Origin: an uncultured Nitrospiraceae bacterium
Lineage (GTDB): Bacteria; Nitrospirota; Thermodesulfovibrionia; Thermodesulfovibrionales; Dissulfurispiraceae
Reading direction: 5' to 3'
Length of the DNA: 64,000 bases
Assembly (NCBI GenBank): GCA_963705105.1
Contig: CAVPIW010000005.1
Coordinates: 576,001-640,000, forward strand
Below are positions 1 to 10,389 of the stretch, one piece after another (the stretch's first letter is position 1; every line of letters starts with the position of its first letter). The position numbers and the translations under genes were made by a program. The notes below the pieces were generated by a model. It made no database searches. It saw nothing but the letters and a program-made list of their open reading frames with translations, and was not told the origin of the DNA.

Positions 1-327
1 CTCCGTGACCGGACCGCCGTCCTCGAGATACTCGGAAACGAACTCAAAGGCTTTCTTGTAGTTCAGCAGTTCCCGCACATCATCGGGATCGGCCTCGGGG
101 ACCGGCTTGCCTTCCAGGAGTTGCTCGGCCTGGTCCAAGGTCAGACGTGTTCCCTCGATGTGAGTGGTGTGATGGGCTTCAAGGATCAGCGCTCGACGTC
201 CCATCTCCCTCACCCAGGCCTCGGATAAAGTCGCGGCCTCCAAGAACCCCCGGGCCCGCTCGATGCGGGTCAGCCCGGCGGTGACCCGGTTGGTGATGGT
301 GAATGCGGGGTGAAAGCCTTTGGTCAT
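1..327 (-). CDS. Fic family protein, N-terminal part (runs off the window)
   Basis: Manual translation from ATG at 327, which overlaps the brxA TGA (ATGA): [29 protein letters not shown]...[14 protein letters not shown]...[11 protein letters not shown]. This is a typical Fic N-terminus ([S/T]xxIEG). The HPFxxGNGR motif would lie outside the window. Confidence 0.75.
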   Translation of the reverse strand, partial: MTKGFHPAFTITNRVTAGLTRIERARGFLEAATLSEAWVREMGRRALILEAHHTTHIEGTRLTLDQAEQLLEGKPVPEADPDDVRELLNYKKAFEFVSEYLEDGGPVTE

Positions 328-1097
328 TTGCCACCGCCTCTCCCCGGCGAATTCTTCAGTAGGACCAGGTCATCATCCAGCCCGTGACGGAGAATGTCGA
401 GCCTGGATGACGCAGCCACAAGGCTTTCGGCGTGAATTGGCTTGATCCGGAACGGGAAGAGGCTCGGGCTATCGATCAAGTCTTTGCGCGGGGCCGAGCC
501 GTTGGCGCGGGCATGAAGGGATGCTTCGGCCAGCCAGGCTATCAGTCGGGAATCATCAACGGCCAGCGTCGTCCCGGCGGTATAAATTCCCTTTGTGCCG
601 GTCTCCTGAAGCACGCCCCAATCCAGGTACGAACGCAGTATGCGCCGGGCTGCTCGGGAAACAGTCTCCCGCTCGCCGTATTGCTCGCGGACCCGGCGCT
701 GGACATGAGCCGCGGCAGCGGAGCCCTGAAGCCTCAGAAGACGGCCGGTCTGGGTGGCTACACCCGACCAGAACGGGTAAACGGCCATGACCATCCCCCA
801 GTGGATAGCCAGATGATCGCGTCGAGGAACACGTTTGAGGAGCTCCAGTCCTTCGACGCGCAACGACTCGAGTTCGCTCGGAACCTTCAGCCACGTCTTG
901 AGGAGAATCGTGATGATCTTCTCGCGATTGCCGCGCACGGCCTGGCCGCCGACGGACACCTTGTCCTTCAGCAGCTCCTGCAAGGCATCGTTGACCGCAG
1001 CCTTGTCATTCCCTGCCAGGATCAGGTTGGCCGTCTGCTCAAGCCATTCCAGGCGCACCCGCTGACTGAATCCGATCTGGTCGGTCCGTCTGGTCAT
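324..1097 (-). CDS. brxA: BREX type 3 BrxA-like protein
   Basis: 257-aa ORF ([12 protein letters not shown]...ITILLKTW...[11 protein letters not shown]) directly after pglZ with ATGA overlap, the position of brxA in type 3 BREX. Confidence 0.7.
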   Translation of the reverse strand: MTRRTDQIGFSQRVRLEWLEQTANLILAGNDKAAVNDALQELLKDKVSVGGQAVRGNREKIITILLKTWLKVPSELESLRVEGLELLKRVPRRDHLAIHWGMVMAVYPFWSGVATQTGRLLRLQGSAAAAHVQRRVREQYGERETVSRAARRILRSYLDWGVLQETGTKGIYTAGTTLAVDDSRLIAWLAEASLHARANGSAPRKDLIDSPSLFPFRIKPIHAESLVAASSRLDILRHGLDDDLVLLKNSPGRGGGK

Positions 1098-2554
1098 TCG
1101 CCCCTCCTCTCAATTTGGATCAGAGGGACGATGAGTTCCTCTACTGAAACGCCGCCGTGGCTAACGGTGCGCTGTTTTTCTTGGACAAACGCCTGCCGAG
1201 CAGGGGCCAGCAGGGCGAGGTAGTCCTCCGGGAGACCAACGGGGCCCCATTCCAGCGCGGCGGGAAAACGTTCCTTCACCTTGCCGCGAAGGGCCGCGTC
1301 GGGATAGATGCGGACTCGTTCACCGCGCAGGTCCGCCACAGCTCCTTCAGACGGACGACCGCAACCTGTCGCCTCGATGTTGCCGTGATCGGAGGTCAGG
1401 AAGACCCGGAACCCATGATCCAGGAGCAGATCAAGGAGGGCGCTGAGATACGGCTGCTTGGCCCACTGGCCCACTTGGTTGTGCATCCCGGCGGTGCCCA
1501 TTTCCATCCCGTGCATGATTTTGTCTACCTTGTCCACGACCAGCCCGGCGACCCTTGCCTTGGGATGAGAAAGCGCTTCGGAAACGGTATCCAGACTGCC
1601 ATCGCCCAGCCCCTTGATGTAGACGACATCGTTTGGCATAAGGCCCTGATCCGCCCAGAATTGCGCCCAGAGAGAGGGTTCCTTGTCCGTGGTCTGGATG
1701 CTATTAGGAAAAAAGATGGGAGCCTTGCCGGCGAAGGTTGCTTGGCGCGAGACGGAGGTGAGCGAAGGAATCCAGGCAAAGACCGCCTGCTCCCGGAATC
1801 GCAGCCCAGGCTGTTTTGAGGCAAGTGCTTCGCGGACTACCAGCCATTGGTCCAAGGCAAGGCCGTCCACCACGATCAGTGCGATCTTGGCGTTGCGGTC
1901 TTCTCCCATTTGGCGGGCAAGAAATCGCGGGAGGTGATGCAACATGACCGGAGGCACCGGTGGCAGATTAACCAGCCCGGCATACCGCTTGAAGAGCCAG
2001 GCTGCGAAACCGGCATCCACCTGTGCCTGCAAGTTCTTGATGCGTTCATCCGTCGGTTCGGAAATCGCTTCGGCCTGATCGTTCGCCAGCAGGATCGTCT
2101 CCGCCCATCCGCGGGCAAAGTGGAACCAGTCCCTGTGCTTCGCGTCCTCGGCCGGAATGGATGCCTCCAGACTTTTTCCCGTAGATGTGTCTTTATCCAT
2201 AAGGCCTTCGGCTGCATGAGAGAAAGGCGCATGACCCAAATCATGCAACAAACTTGACAGTCGAACTAAAACCCTATCACGCCCTAATCCGTCATAATTG
2301 AAATCCAACTCCGATTTTAGAAAGTCACCTCGCCTTACCCGTATATGATCGAACATACGTGTAGCAACCTGCATCACTCCAAGAGAATGTTCAAAACGGT
2401 TATGCATCGCCGCCGGGTAAACCATATCCGTGAAACCAAGTTGCCGGATGCGTCGTAGGCGTTGGAAAACTGGATGATTTACGATATCTCGTTCCCACTC
2501 GTTCAAAGTAATGAAGCCGTGAATAGGGTCCCTGATTTCAGTGATTTTACCCAT
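1094..2554 (-). CDS. pglZ: Chimeric ORF: truncated HD-domain (dNTPase-like) N-terminus fused in frame to the C-terminal part of BREX-3 PglZ
   Basis: ATG at 2554 with GGAG RBS. N-part has IRDPIHG, FQRLRRIRQLG, HNRFEHSLG, LLHDLGHAPFSH (HD family). After about nt 2170 the PglZ motifs IVVDGL, PSLTSVSRQ, TSDHG, HGG follow. AT-richer DNA changes to GC-richer DNA at the junction. Confidence 0.8.
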   Translation of the reverse strand: MGKITEIRDPIHGFITLNEWERDIVNHPVFQRLRRIRQLGFTDMVYPAAMHNRFEHSLGVMQVATRMFDHIRVRRGDFLKSELDFNYDGLGRDRVLVRLSSLLHDLGHAPFSHAAEGLMDKDTSTGKSLEASIPAEDAKHRDWFHFARGWAETILLANDQAEAISEPTDERIKNLQAQVDAGFAAWLFKRYAGLVNLPPVPPVMLHHLPRFLARQMGEDRNAKIALIVVDGLALDQWLVVREALASKQPGLRFREQAVFAWIPSLTSVSRQATFAGKAPIFFPNSIQTTDKEPSLWAQFWADQGLMPNDVVYIKGLGDGSLDTVSEALSHPKARVAGLVVDKVDKIMHGMEMGTAGMHNQVGQWAKQPYLSALLDLLLDHGFRVFLTSDHGNIEATGCGRPSEGAVADLRGERVRIYPDAALRGKVKERFPAALEWGPVGLPEDYLALLAPARQAFVQEKQRTVSHGGVSVEELIVPLIQIERRGE

Positions 2555-2702
2555 GATTGCTACTCCAAAACGAAAATCTCTCCGCATGAAACAACTTGGT
2601 CGCTCGTCCACTGACCAAGTTCGTTTATGGGTATACCCGACTTGTACAGTGACTTGGTCAGTTCTGCATGGAAAATAGCCATTGATGATCCCGTTAATGC
2701 CG

Positions 2703-3818
2703 TCATGATCTCGTTTCCCGGACCTGTTCCTCGATAAAACGCTGCATCTCCTCCTTCTTCGGCAGTTCGAGTTGGTATTTGGAAACGAAAAGGCCGTTGT
2801 CCATGCCGGCCAGCGCATATTCCACAAGGGTTTGGTCGCGCTGCGTGCACAGAAGGATGCCTATGGGCGGATTGTCCCCCTCCGACATCATGTTTTTTTT
2901 GTACCAGCTCACATAGGTATTGAGCTGGCCGATATTTTCGTGGCTGAACCGTTCGAGTTTTAGCTCCACCAGTACGTGGCACTTGAGTAGTCGGTGGTAA
3001 AAGACAAGGTCCACGAAGTTATGCATATCTCCGATCAATATCCGCTTTTGGCGGGCCTCAAAACAGAACCCGTGCCCCAGCTCCAAGAGGAAATCTTGCA
3101 GTTTATCAAGGAGCTGATCCTCCAGATGCGACTCGCTCATCACTTCCCTTGGCTTCAGTCCAAGGAATTCGAACACATAGGGGTCGCGAATTGCCAGCTT
3201 GGGATCGGCAGCTTCGGCTCCTTTTTGCACCAGTTCAGTCAGTTTTTTCTTGTCCTTTGAAAGTCCGGATCGTTCGTAGTAAAGGCTGGCGATCTGGCGC
3301 TTCAGTTCACGCACCGACCAGTTGCCCCGGAGGCACTCGAGTTCATAAAATGCCCGTTTCAGGTCGTCATCGAGATCGACGAGCAATTCCAAATGGCTGT
3401 AGGAAAACCGTTGGATGATGGTATCCGGCGGGGTGCGCAATTGTGGGGACGCCGTCCCCACTTTCTCAAGGGCCTTTGTTCCAGCAGGCAACAGCTTTTT
3501 CAATTGTGCGGACAGTGTCCCCACAATCTCAGGGTAAAGGCGATAGAAACGCAGATAACGATACAGCTGACGACGGTTGCAGTTACTTACCTTCAGTTCT
3601 GTAAGGCATTTGGCAAGTTCAGCGAGGAGATTGTCGCCGTATTGGGCCCGGTCGGAACCCCGCAACTCGTACTCAGCGATGTAGCAGCCGATTAGCCAGT
3701 TACGCAGCGTCAGGCTCAGGTTAACCGCCCGACCGGCTTGCGCCGCCAACTCTTCATGAGCCTGCTGAATAGCGCCGGTCAGCTTTTCAAAGCTTATTTC
3801 GTGTTCATTCGTGTCCAT
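2703..3818 (-). CDS. DUF1016 / YhcG family PDDEXK nuclease-domain protein
   Basis: NWLIGCYI, WSVRELKRQI, IRDPYVFEFLGL, FLLELGHGFCFEARQKRI, VDLVFYH, LVELK, GQLNTY, DNPPIGILLC are all YhcG motifs. Confidence 0.92.
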   Translation of the reverse strand: MDTNEHEISFEKLTGAIQQAHEELAAQAGRAVNLSLTLRNWLIGCYIAEYELRGSDRAQYGDNLLAELAKCLTELKVSNCNRRQLYRYLRFYRLYPEIVGTLSAQLKKLLPAGTKALEKVGTASPQLRTPPDTIIQRFSYSHLELLVDLDDDLKRAFYELECLRGNWSVRELKRQIASLYYERSGLSKDKKKLTELVQKGAEAADPKLAIRDPYVFEFLGLKPREVMSESHLEDQLLDKLQDFLLELGHGFCFEARQKRILIGDMHNFVDLVFYHRLLKCHVLVELKLERFSHENIGQLNTYVSWYKKNMMSEGDNPPIGILLCTQRDQTLVEYALAGMDNGLFVSKYQLELPKKEEMQRFIEEQVRETRS

Positions 3819-3827
3819 TCGTGGTTC

Positions 3828-5291
<1,464 letters not shown>

Positions 5292-5292
<1 letters not shown>

Positions 5293-5495
5293 TAGCGATC
5301 TCCTCCTGAACCGGGCTCGTTGACACCGGCTCCGCCAGACTTCACCCACTCGTCCACTTCGTCTTTGCGGAATTTCCAAAGGCGGCCCATCCGGTGCGCA
5401 GGCATCTGCTTTTCAGAAATCCACTTGTAGACCGTATCCCGCTTGATGCCGAGATAGGCCGCAATCTCATCCACAGAAAGCCATCGATCTTTCAT
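5292..5495 (-). CDS. Excisionase-like helix-turn-helix DNA-binding protein
   Basis: MKDRWLSVDEIAAYLGIKRDTVYKWISEKQMPAHRMGRLWKFRKDEVDEWV has the HTH_17/Xis pattern; first gene of the BREX operon. Confidence 0.88.
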
Positions 5496-5568
5496 CACTG
5501 ACTCCAGTCGATTCATTTCACGTCCCAAATCTGAATACCTTCACCTTGTCGATTGACGATCGGTAGCT

Positions 5569-5599
5569 GCCGGATGAACTCCATCGGCTTTCATCCGGC
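5569..5599. promoter_or_regulatory. Perfect 10-bp inverted repeat in the BREX operon leader
   Basis: GCCGGATGAA-N11-TTCATCCGGC between the promoter and the HTH gene. Confidence 0.5.
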
Positions 5600-5622
5600 T
5601 TAATCGGAACAAACTGACCTAA

Positions 5623-5650
5623 ATTATACAAAAGGTGGCGTGCCTGTCAA
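5623..5650 (-). promoter_or_regulatory. Consensus sigma70 promoter for the BREX operon
   Basis: Minus strand reads TTGACA(5650-5645)-N16-TATAAT(5628-5623). Confidence 0.8.
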
Positions 5651-5690
5651 CTTGTTTTTCCGAGTTTCTCTAGTTTTGACCGAACGGAGG

Positions 5691-5880
5691 CTATCGGGGC
5701 CAACTGGAGCTGCCGAGAGGGGTAAGCCTGCCCGAGATCAGGCCTTCACCCACATAGAGCCAAGCCAGGAGATCGAAGTCGTTTGTCCGGACGGGGACCA
5801 GGACGCGGCGGTAGAGGCAGGTCCCGTCGGGATTGAAACCCTCCAGCCAGTCGATGGCCGAGCGGCTGGCTTCGAAACGC
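5691..5880 (-). pseudogene. C-terminal fragment of a gamma-glutamylcyclotransferase-like protein
   Basis: AIDWLEGFNPDGTCLYRRVLVPV...AWLY matches the GGCT C-terminal pattern (D.LEG...Y.R..V....AW.Y). The N-terminal FVYG motif is absent. Confidence 0.55.
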
Positions 5881-5930
5881 AAAATCAAGAAGGACGTGAA
5901 GGGTGGCGTAGGTGGGCGTGAGTATGGCAG

Positions 5931-5975
5931 AAACGACGAGACCCCGCAGGGATCAACCCACGGGGTCTTGCGTTT
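5931..5975. terminator. Hairpin just downstream of tRNA-Asn at the island edge
   Basis: AAACG(A)CGAGACCCCG...CGGGGTCTTGCGTTT inverted repeat. Confidence 0.55.
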
Positions 5976-6008
5976 TATAAGGACCGCTGAAGTCAGCGGA
6001 TTGAATGC

Positions 6009-6084
6009 TGGCTCCTGGGGAGGGATTCGAACCCCCGACCAAGTGGTTAACAGCCACCCGCTCTGCCAGCTGAGCTACCCAGGA
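6009..6084 (-). tRNA. tRNA-Asn (GTT)
   Basis: TCCTGGGTAGCTCAGCTGGCAGAGCGGGTGGCT-GTT-AACCACTTGGTCGGGGGTTCGAATCCTCCCCCAGGAGCCA: 76 nt, cloverleaf, encoded CCA. Confidence 0.97.
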
Positions 6085-6249
6085 ACAGATGATTATTATA
6101 CAAGAAGGATGGATTCAGAGGCAACAGCGCCCCGTTCAAAGAAAACGTTTTTTGTTGCAGAAACCTGTTACAGAAACATGGTACACTAAAGACATACCGG
6201 TTTTTTACATGGGACCGGCAAAGACTGTCAACGCAAAGGAGGACACACC

Positions 6250-6795
6250 ATCGCCAATCCAAGAGGAGCACCGCCCGTGCGGGTCGTCGATACAACCCGC
6301 GTCAATGAGAAGATCAGGTTAAGCAAAGCGAAAGAGATCCGTGTCGTCGCCGATGAAGGCCAAATCGGCATCATGGACATCGATTCGGCATTGAAGATCG
6401 CCGCGGAACGGGATCTGGACCTCGTGGAAATCAGCCCCCAGGCTGAGCCGCCGGTCTGTAAGATCATGGACTACCGGAAGTTCAAGTTCGATCAGGGCAA
6501 GAAAGCGCGGAAGGCCAAAAAGCAGCAAACGACCTCCACACTCAAGGAAATCAGGATGCGCCCGACCATCGATACCAACGATTATGAGTTCAAGGTGCGA
6601 AATGCGCGGAAATTCATCGAACACGGCGATAAGGTGAAGGTAACCATGCGTTTCAGAGGGCGGGAATTCAGCCGTCAGGACCTCGGGGCGGATGTTCTGA
6701 ACAGGTTTGCTTCGGATCTGGCGGATATCGCCAAAGTAGAATCGCAGCCGAAAATGGAGGGCCGCCAGATGGTCATGGTCCTGAAAGCGTCATAG
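6250..6795 (+). CDS. infC: Translation initiation factor IF-3
   Basis: RVNEKI, DLVEISPQAEPPVCKIMDY, KEIRMRPTIDTNDY, GDKVKVTMRFRGRE. Probable non-canonical ATC start at 6250 (in frame, 7 nt after GGAGG). Confidence 0.95.
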   Translation: MANPRGAPPVRVVDTTRVNEKIRLSKAKEIRVVADEGQIGIMDIDSALKIAAERDLDLVEISPQAEPPVCKIMDYRKFKFDQGKKARKAKKQQTTSTLKEIRMRPTIDTNDYEFKVRNARKFIEHGDKVKVTMRFRGREFSRQDLGADVLNRFASDLADIAKVESQPKMEGRQMVMVLKAS

Positions 6796-6827
6796 ATTTC
6801 CTCCGAGGAATGCGGGGAGAGACTTAA

Positions 6828-7039
6828 CCTTATCGTTGCAATAGGACATCCGGAAAGGCGGGGCGAAGATGCCGAGAAGCCTTGGTGCTGCGAAACCTTT
6901 GCCTTCCCATACGGATCATGTCAGGCTGACGGTTGATGACACAAAGGGTGGAATCCCGAATGTCCAATTTCAAATGATCATGCTCGCTATCAGCAAGGCC
7001 TTGAGGCACTTTGTCCCGCCTTTTGATGCAACTGGAAGG
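6828..7039. repeat. 212-bp MITE-like element (arms alpha+delta), TTAA target duplication
   Basis: TTAA|CCTTATCGTTGCA...GAAAGGCGGGGCG...GTCCCGCCTTTTGATGCAACTGGAAGG|TTAA. Near-identical reverse-complement copies at 36273, 60784 and 62737. Confidence 0.9.
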
Positions 7040-7084
7040 TTAAAAGATCTCAAACCGGAGCCTGTGAGCGTTCGTATGTGCGCT

Positions 7085-7882
7085 TCACTCCGGTTGCATA
7101 TCCTGCTGCGCTTTTTCCTCATAAGCAGGAAGGCGAAATGAAAAACACGCCCCGCCTCCCAATGTGCTCTCGCACCACAGTTCCCCGCCGAGCTTATCGA
7201 TCAGCTCCTTGGCCACCGCCAACCCGTAGCCGCTCGAAGATTCGTCCCCCGTGGGTGCGGAGCTGAGCCGGACACCCCGCTGAAACAGCTTCGCCTGGTC
7301 CTCCTCGCTCAATCCCGGTCCTTCATCGCAGACGCTGCACGCCACACCTGTCACTTCCCGTCGCACCTGAACCCGTATTTTCTTTCCGGGAAAAGAATAC
7401 TTCACGGCGTTTGACAGAAGGTTGTCCAAGACAGCCGACACGGCCACGGGATCTGTCCATACCGGAGGAATGTCGGCATTGAGCTCACAGGAAATGGAGA
7501 TATTCTTGCGGTCAGCGATGCGCCGGTAATAATTGCATACCCGCTGCACCAACGGAGGCAAATCCCACTTCAGGAACCGGAATGCGGCATCCGTGGGTGC
7601 CGACAACGTTATCAACTGGCTGACCGTGTGACGCATCAACTCCGTCACATGGGACAGTCCTTCAAGCCATTTTCGGATCTGGGGATCCGGGTTGTCTGTC
7701 AATGATATGAGGAGTAATTCAACGGTGGCCCCTGCGATCGTCAAATAGTTATTGAGTGCATGCGCCGAAAAACCGACCACTCCCGGATCGAAAGCCGGTA
7801 TCTTCTCGATCTCGCGCAGCGCCTGCTCCAGATCGGCCTGTGCCCTCAGGATCGATGCAGAAGCATGCTCTTTCTCGTTCAT
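7085..7882 (-). CDS. Soluble sensor histidine kinase (HisKA-like + HATPase_c, no input domain)
   Basis: H-box-like AHALNNYL, N-box NLLSNAVKYS, G1 DEGPG, G2 GYGLAVAK, GGGACFSF. Confidence 0.85.
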   Translation of the reverse strand: MNEKEHASASILRAQADLEQALREIEKIPAFDPGVVGFSAHALNNYLTIAGATVELLLISLTDNPDPQIRKWLEGLSHVTELMRHTVSQLITLSAPTDAAFRFLKWDLPPLVQRVCNYYRRIADRKNISISCELNADIPPVWTDPVAVSAVLDNLLSNAVKYSFPGKKIRVQVRREVTGVACSVCDEGPGLSEEDQAKLFQRGVRLSSAPTGDESSSGYGLAVAKELIDKLGGELWCESTLGGGACFSFRLPAYEEKAQQDMQPE

Positions 7883-8100
7883 GTCCCCCCCAAACTGCCT
7901 CTCTGTACCATTAGTATATACCGCCGTTTGGTAAGAGTGATGCCCTTAGGATCACGGAAACAGCCTCTGCCGTTAATTTTATCACAGGTTCGGGCAAACT
8001 GTTTCGTGAAGGACGGAAATCGCACCAAATTGCAGCATCCGACAAAAACACCGTCTTCCGTCAAAGCAAAGAGCGTCATCTCACGCCTCACCGTCATACC

Positions 8101-9000
8101 TCAGCATGCTCCTTTTCCGGAGCTGAGAACGAGGCATTCCTCCTCCGCATCGTCAGGAAGAAGGAATGCCGTTCTGTCCAGCTCATTGCCCGTGATGTCA
8201 CGGTAGACGAGCTCATCCGTTTCGAGGTCGTATTCCGGTATGGAGGGGTCCTGCCATCGCGTCTGGAAATGCTGGTACAGGGGGTTGTAAAAGCTTCCGG
8301 GATTATTGCCGTGCTTGAAGACGAACTCCGGCATCTGCCGGACATCGAGGCCGGGGTGATAGTGGCGCACATAGAGGTAGTCGCCCAGTATGGCAAGTTT
8401 GAACAGGGGGGCGTCCCGGTAGAGCTTGAGCCTGATGTTTTTCTGGATTGCCTTCAGGCCCTTGAGAAACCCGATGCTCTTCCGGATCTGTTCCTGGAAA
8501 CCCTCCTCCATGGCCGTCAGGCTCCGGGCCCGGGCGCGCGCTCCCTCTCCGCTCGGGTCGAGGAGCATGATCCTCGCCTCGCGGCAGGTGTGCAGGACAC
8601 GGTGCAGGTCTCCTGCGGGATCGGCAAGGGTCCTGTAGCCAGTGGAACCGATGATCATCACATCCCTGCCGAAGCCTTGCTTCTCTCTCAGTTTCTTCTG
8701 TCTCGTCTGTGTGAAAGGCCCGCGGACTGACGATGAAAAGACGAGCCCGGCCCCTCTCGCTATCCCGGACATGAGCCTGTCCTTCCAGCTCCTTCCCAGG
8801 TAGTTGAAAAACAGGATCAGGGTGACGGCCAGCGCGATCTCGACGGAAATGAGAAAGACCTTCTGGCTCTCGACAAAGGACCAGTACAGGAGGAATTTCC
8901 TCGCGAGAAAAGCGACGGCGGAGGGCAAGGAAAGTGCTATACCGGCGCTGAGAACGACGATGACGACATGATGCAATATCTGAAATAAATTTTTCAGCAT
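8101..9000 (-). CDS. Membrane-anchored hypothetical protein (2 TM + DUF5919/PLD-like-looking domain)
   Basis: 299-aa ORF with GAGG RBS, two hydrophobic segments, then RIMLLDP...IRLKLY..PLFKLAILGDYLYVRHY...W pattern. Confidence 0.65.
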   Translation of the reverse strand: MLKNLFQILHHVVIVVLSAGIALSLPSAVAFLARKFLLYWSFVESQKVFLISVEIALAVTLILFFNYLGRSWKDRLMSGIARGAGLVFSSSVRGPFTQTRQKKLREKQGFGRDVMIIGSTGYRTLADPAGDLHRVLHTCREARIMLLDPSGEGARARARSLTAMEEGFQEQIRKSIGFLKGLKAIQKNIRLKLYRDAPLFKLAILGDYLYVRHYHPGLDVRQMPEFVFKHGNNPGSFYNPLYQHFQTRWQDPSIPEYDLETDELVYRDITGNELDRTAFLLPDDAEEECLVLSSGKGAC

Positions 9001-9069
9001 GAGTACCTCTTTTTCTTTGTTGTTGCTGTGAAGGCGGGGGCGAAGCGCCCCGCGGGGAGAAAGAAGATG

Positions 9070-9423
9070 TCAGGAAAGCGCGATGAGTGCCATGACGAGG
9101 GAAAGCGCGAGTTCCGCTCCGGCGCTCCCGCTTTCCCGTTCTATCCGGCTGCAGAGGGAACCGATAAGCCTGAGATCGTCGTCACTCAGGGAGTTGAGTT
9201 TCTCGTGCACCTTTTCGATGAGGCGTCTGTCTCCGATCCTGACTTCGAGGATCGAAAGGATTTCGGCTATGCTGTCTTTCGACGCTGACAGTATGTGGGT
9301 TTCCGCTACGATGTGCGCAGCGCCCCTTGCGAGGGCCTCTGGTGCATGAATGGCGAATGCGAGCATGATCACCAATAGACACTTTAGAAGAATCTGAAAG
9401 AGATGATGAGATTTATTTCTCAT
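9070..9423 (-). CDS. Small exported hypothetical protein
   Basis: 117-aa ORF with GGAGG RBS, signal peptide (ALA) and hydrophobic C-terminus. Confidence 0.7.
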   Translation of the reverse strand: MRNKSHHLFQILLKCLLVIMLAFAIHAPEALARGAAHIVAETHILSASKDSIAEILSILEVRIGDRRLIEKVHEKLNSLSDDDLRLIGSLCSRIERESGSAGAELALSLVMALIALS

Positions 9424-9473
9424 GGTACCTCCCTTTTCTAACTATATCCTGAATACGACTTCAGCAATTATAA

Positions 9474-9488
9474 GCAATATGCATGCCA
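9474..9488 (-). promoter_or_regulatory. Sigma54 (-24/-12) promoter
   Basis: Minus strand TGGCATG-CATA-TTGC, about 50 nt upstream of the 9423 start. Confidence 0.75.
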
Positions 9489-9541
9489 GATAGGCATTGT
9501 CCATACATAATTAGAGCCTGTCCATAAAGTAACCTTCATCT

Positions 9542-9612
9542 GTTATGCCCGCAACCCCGCACTTGATGCGGGGGCGTCGGGAATCCTTCTGAAAGAACGA
9601 AGCCGGAATGAC
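9542..9612. repeat. GTCATTCCGG-type REP-like palindrome (copy 1)
   Basis: GTTATGCCCGCA...GCGTCGGGAATCCTTCTGAAA...AAGCCGGAATGAC; related to the reverse complement of 59489-59581. Confidence 0.65.
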
Positions 9613-9836
9613 ATACAAACTGCAACTTCCTGAGTTTATAAACAATTTGAGATGATTTTTTACCTGTGATGTAAAACCTGTCCACATAGACAGTAATCTG
9701 GTCATTCCGGTTTAAGCGTACTCCATCAGTAAAAGGACGCTCTTGTCGGATGAACCAGAAATTTGCCTGCAGATGTATATATTTTCATACACTCCGGGGC
9801 GGTCAAAATATCTGCTGCCGATCGTCGCTTTGCAGA

Positions 9837-10304
9837 TCACCCCAGGGGGATGATTTCGGCGGTGACGCCGTTTCCCCTGACCCTGAGCAGTGCCAGGGTG
9901 ACGGGCAGGCGGAACCGGCGGGGGCCGGCGCTTCCCGGGTTCAGGTAGAGGACGCTGTTGCGGGAGAAGATGGCGGGGCGGTGTGAGTGGCCATAAATGA
10001 CGGCGCTGAATCCCGATACGGACGGATTAAGGTCGAGGTCGCCGATGTCATGGAGCACATAGAGCATGACGTCGCCGACCGTGACCGTCTCCGTCAGGGG
10101 GAGATCGCGGGACCACATCATGCTGTCCATATTCCCTCTTACCGCCACGACGGGGGCGATTTTTCTCAGGCCTTCGAGGATCTCCGGCGAGCCGATATCC
10201 CCGGCGTGGAGGATCGTCTCGACACCCTTCATCGCGGCGATGGCCTCGGGGCGCAGGAGTCCGTGCGTGTCGGAGATGACGCCGATCAGATGTTCCTGTT
10301 CCAT
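9837..10304 (-). CDS. YfcE-family metallophosphoesterase
   Basis: GVISDTH, HAGD, VRGNMD, GHSH, NPGS motifs. Confidence 0.93.
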   Translation of the reverse strand: MEQEHLIGVISDTHGLLRPEAIAAMKGVETILHAGDIGSPEILEGLRKIAPVVAVRGNMDSMMWSRDLPLTETVTVGDVMLYVLHDIGDLDLNPSVSGFSAVIYGHSHRPAIFSRNSVLYLNPGSAGPRRFRLPVTLALLRVRGNGVTAEIIPLG

Positions 10305-10389
10305 AGGCGGACCGGAATATTATACGGGAAAGTCTTAGTATCTGAAAGCAGGTCATTTTCTGCTAAAATATACGATGTGTTCCACCGTC

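Noticed and set aside
2555..2827. N-terminal 91 codons of the 577-aa ORF
   Set aside because: They overlap the DUF1016 gene; the RBS and HD-family homology begin at ATG 2554.
6869..7141. Recurrent small ORFs such as MPKSLGAAKPLPSHTDH, GKADMVQSLSNAM and SVSVSV (also near 36234, 47196, 60751, 62587)
   Set aside because: They are translations of the non-coding repeat family. Starts, stops and frames differ between copies and no RBS is conserved.
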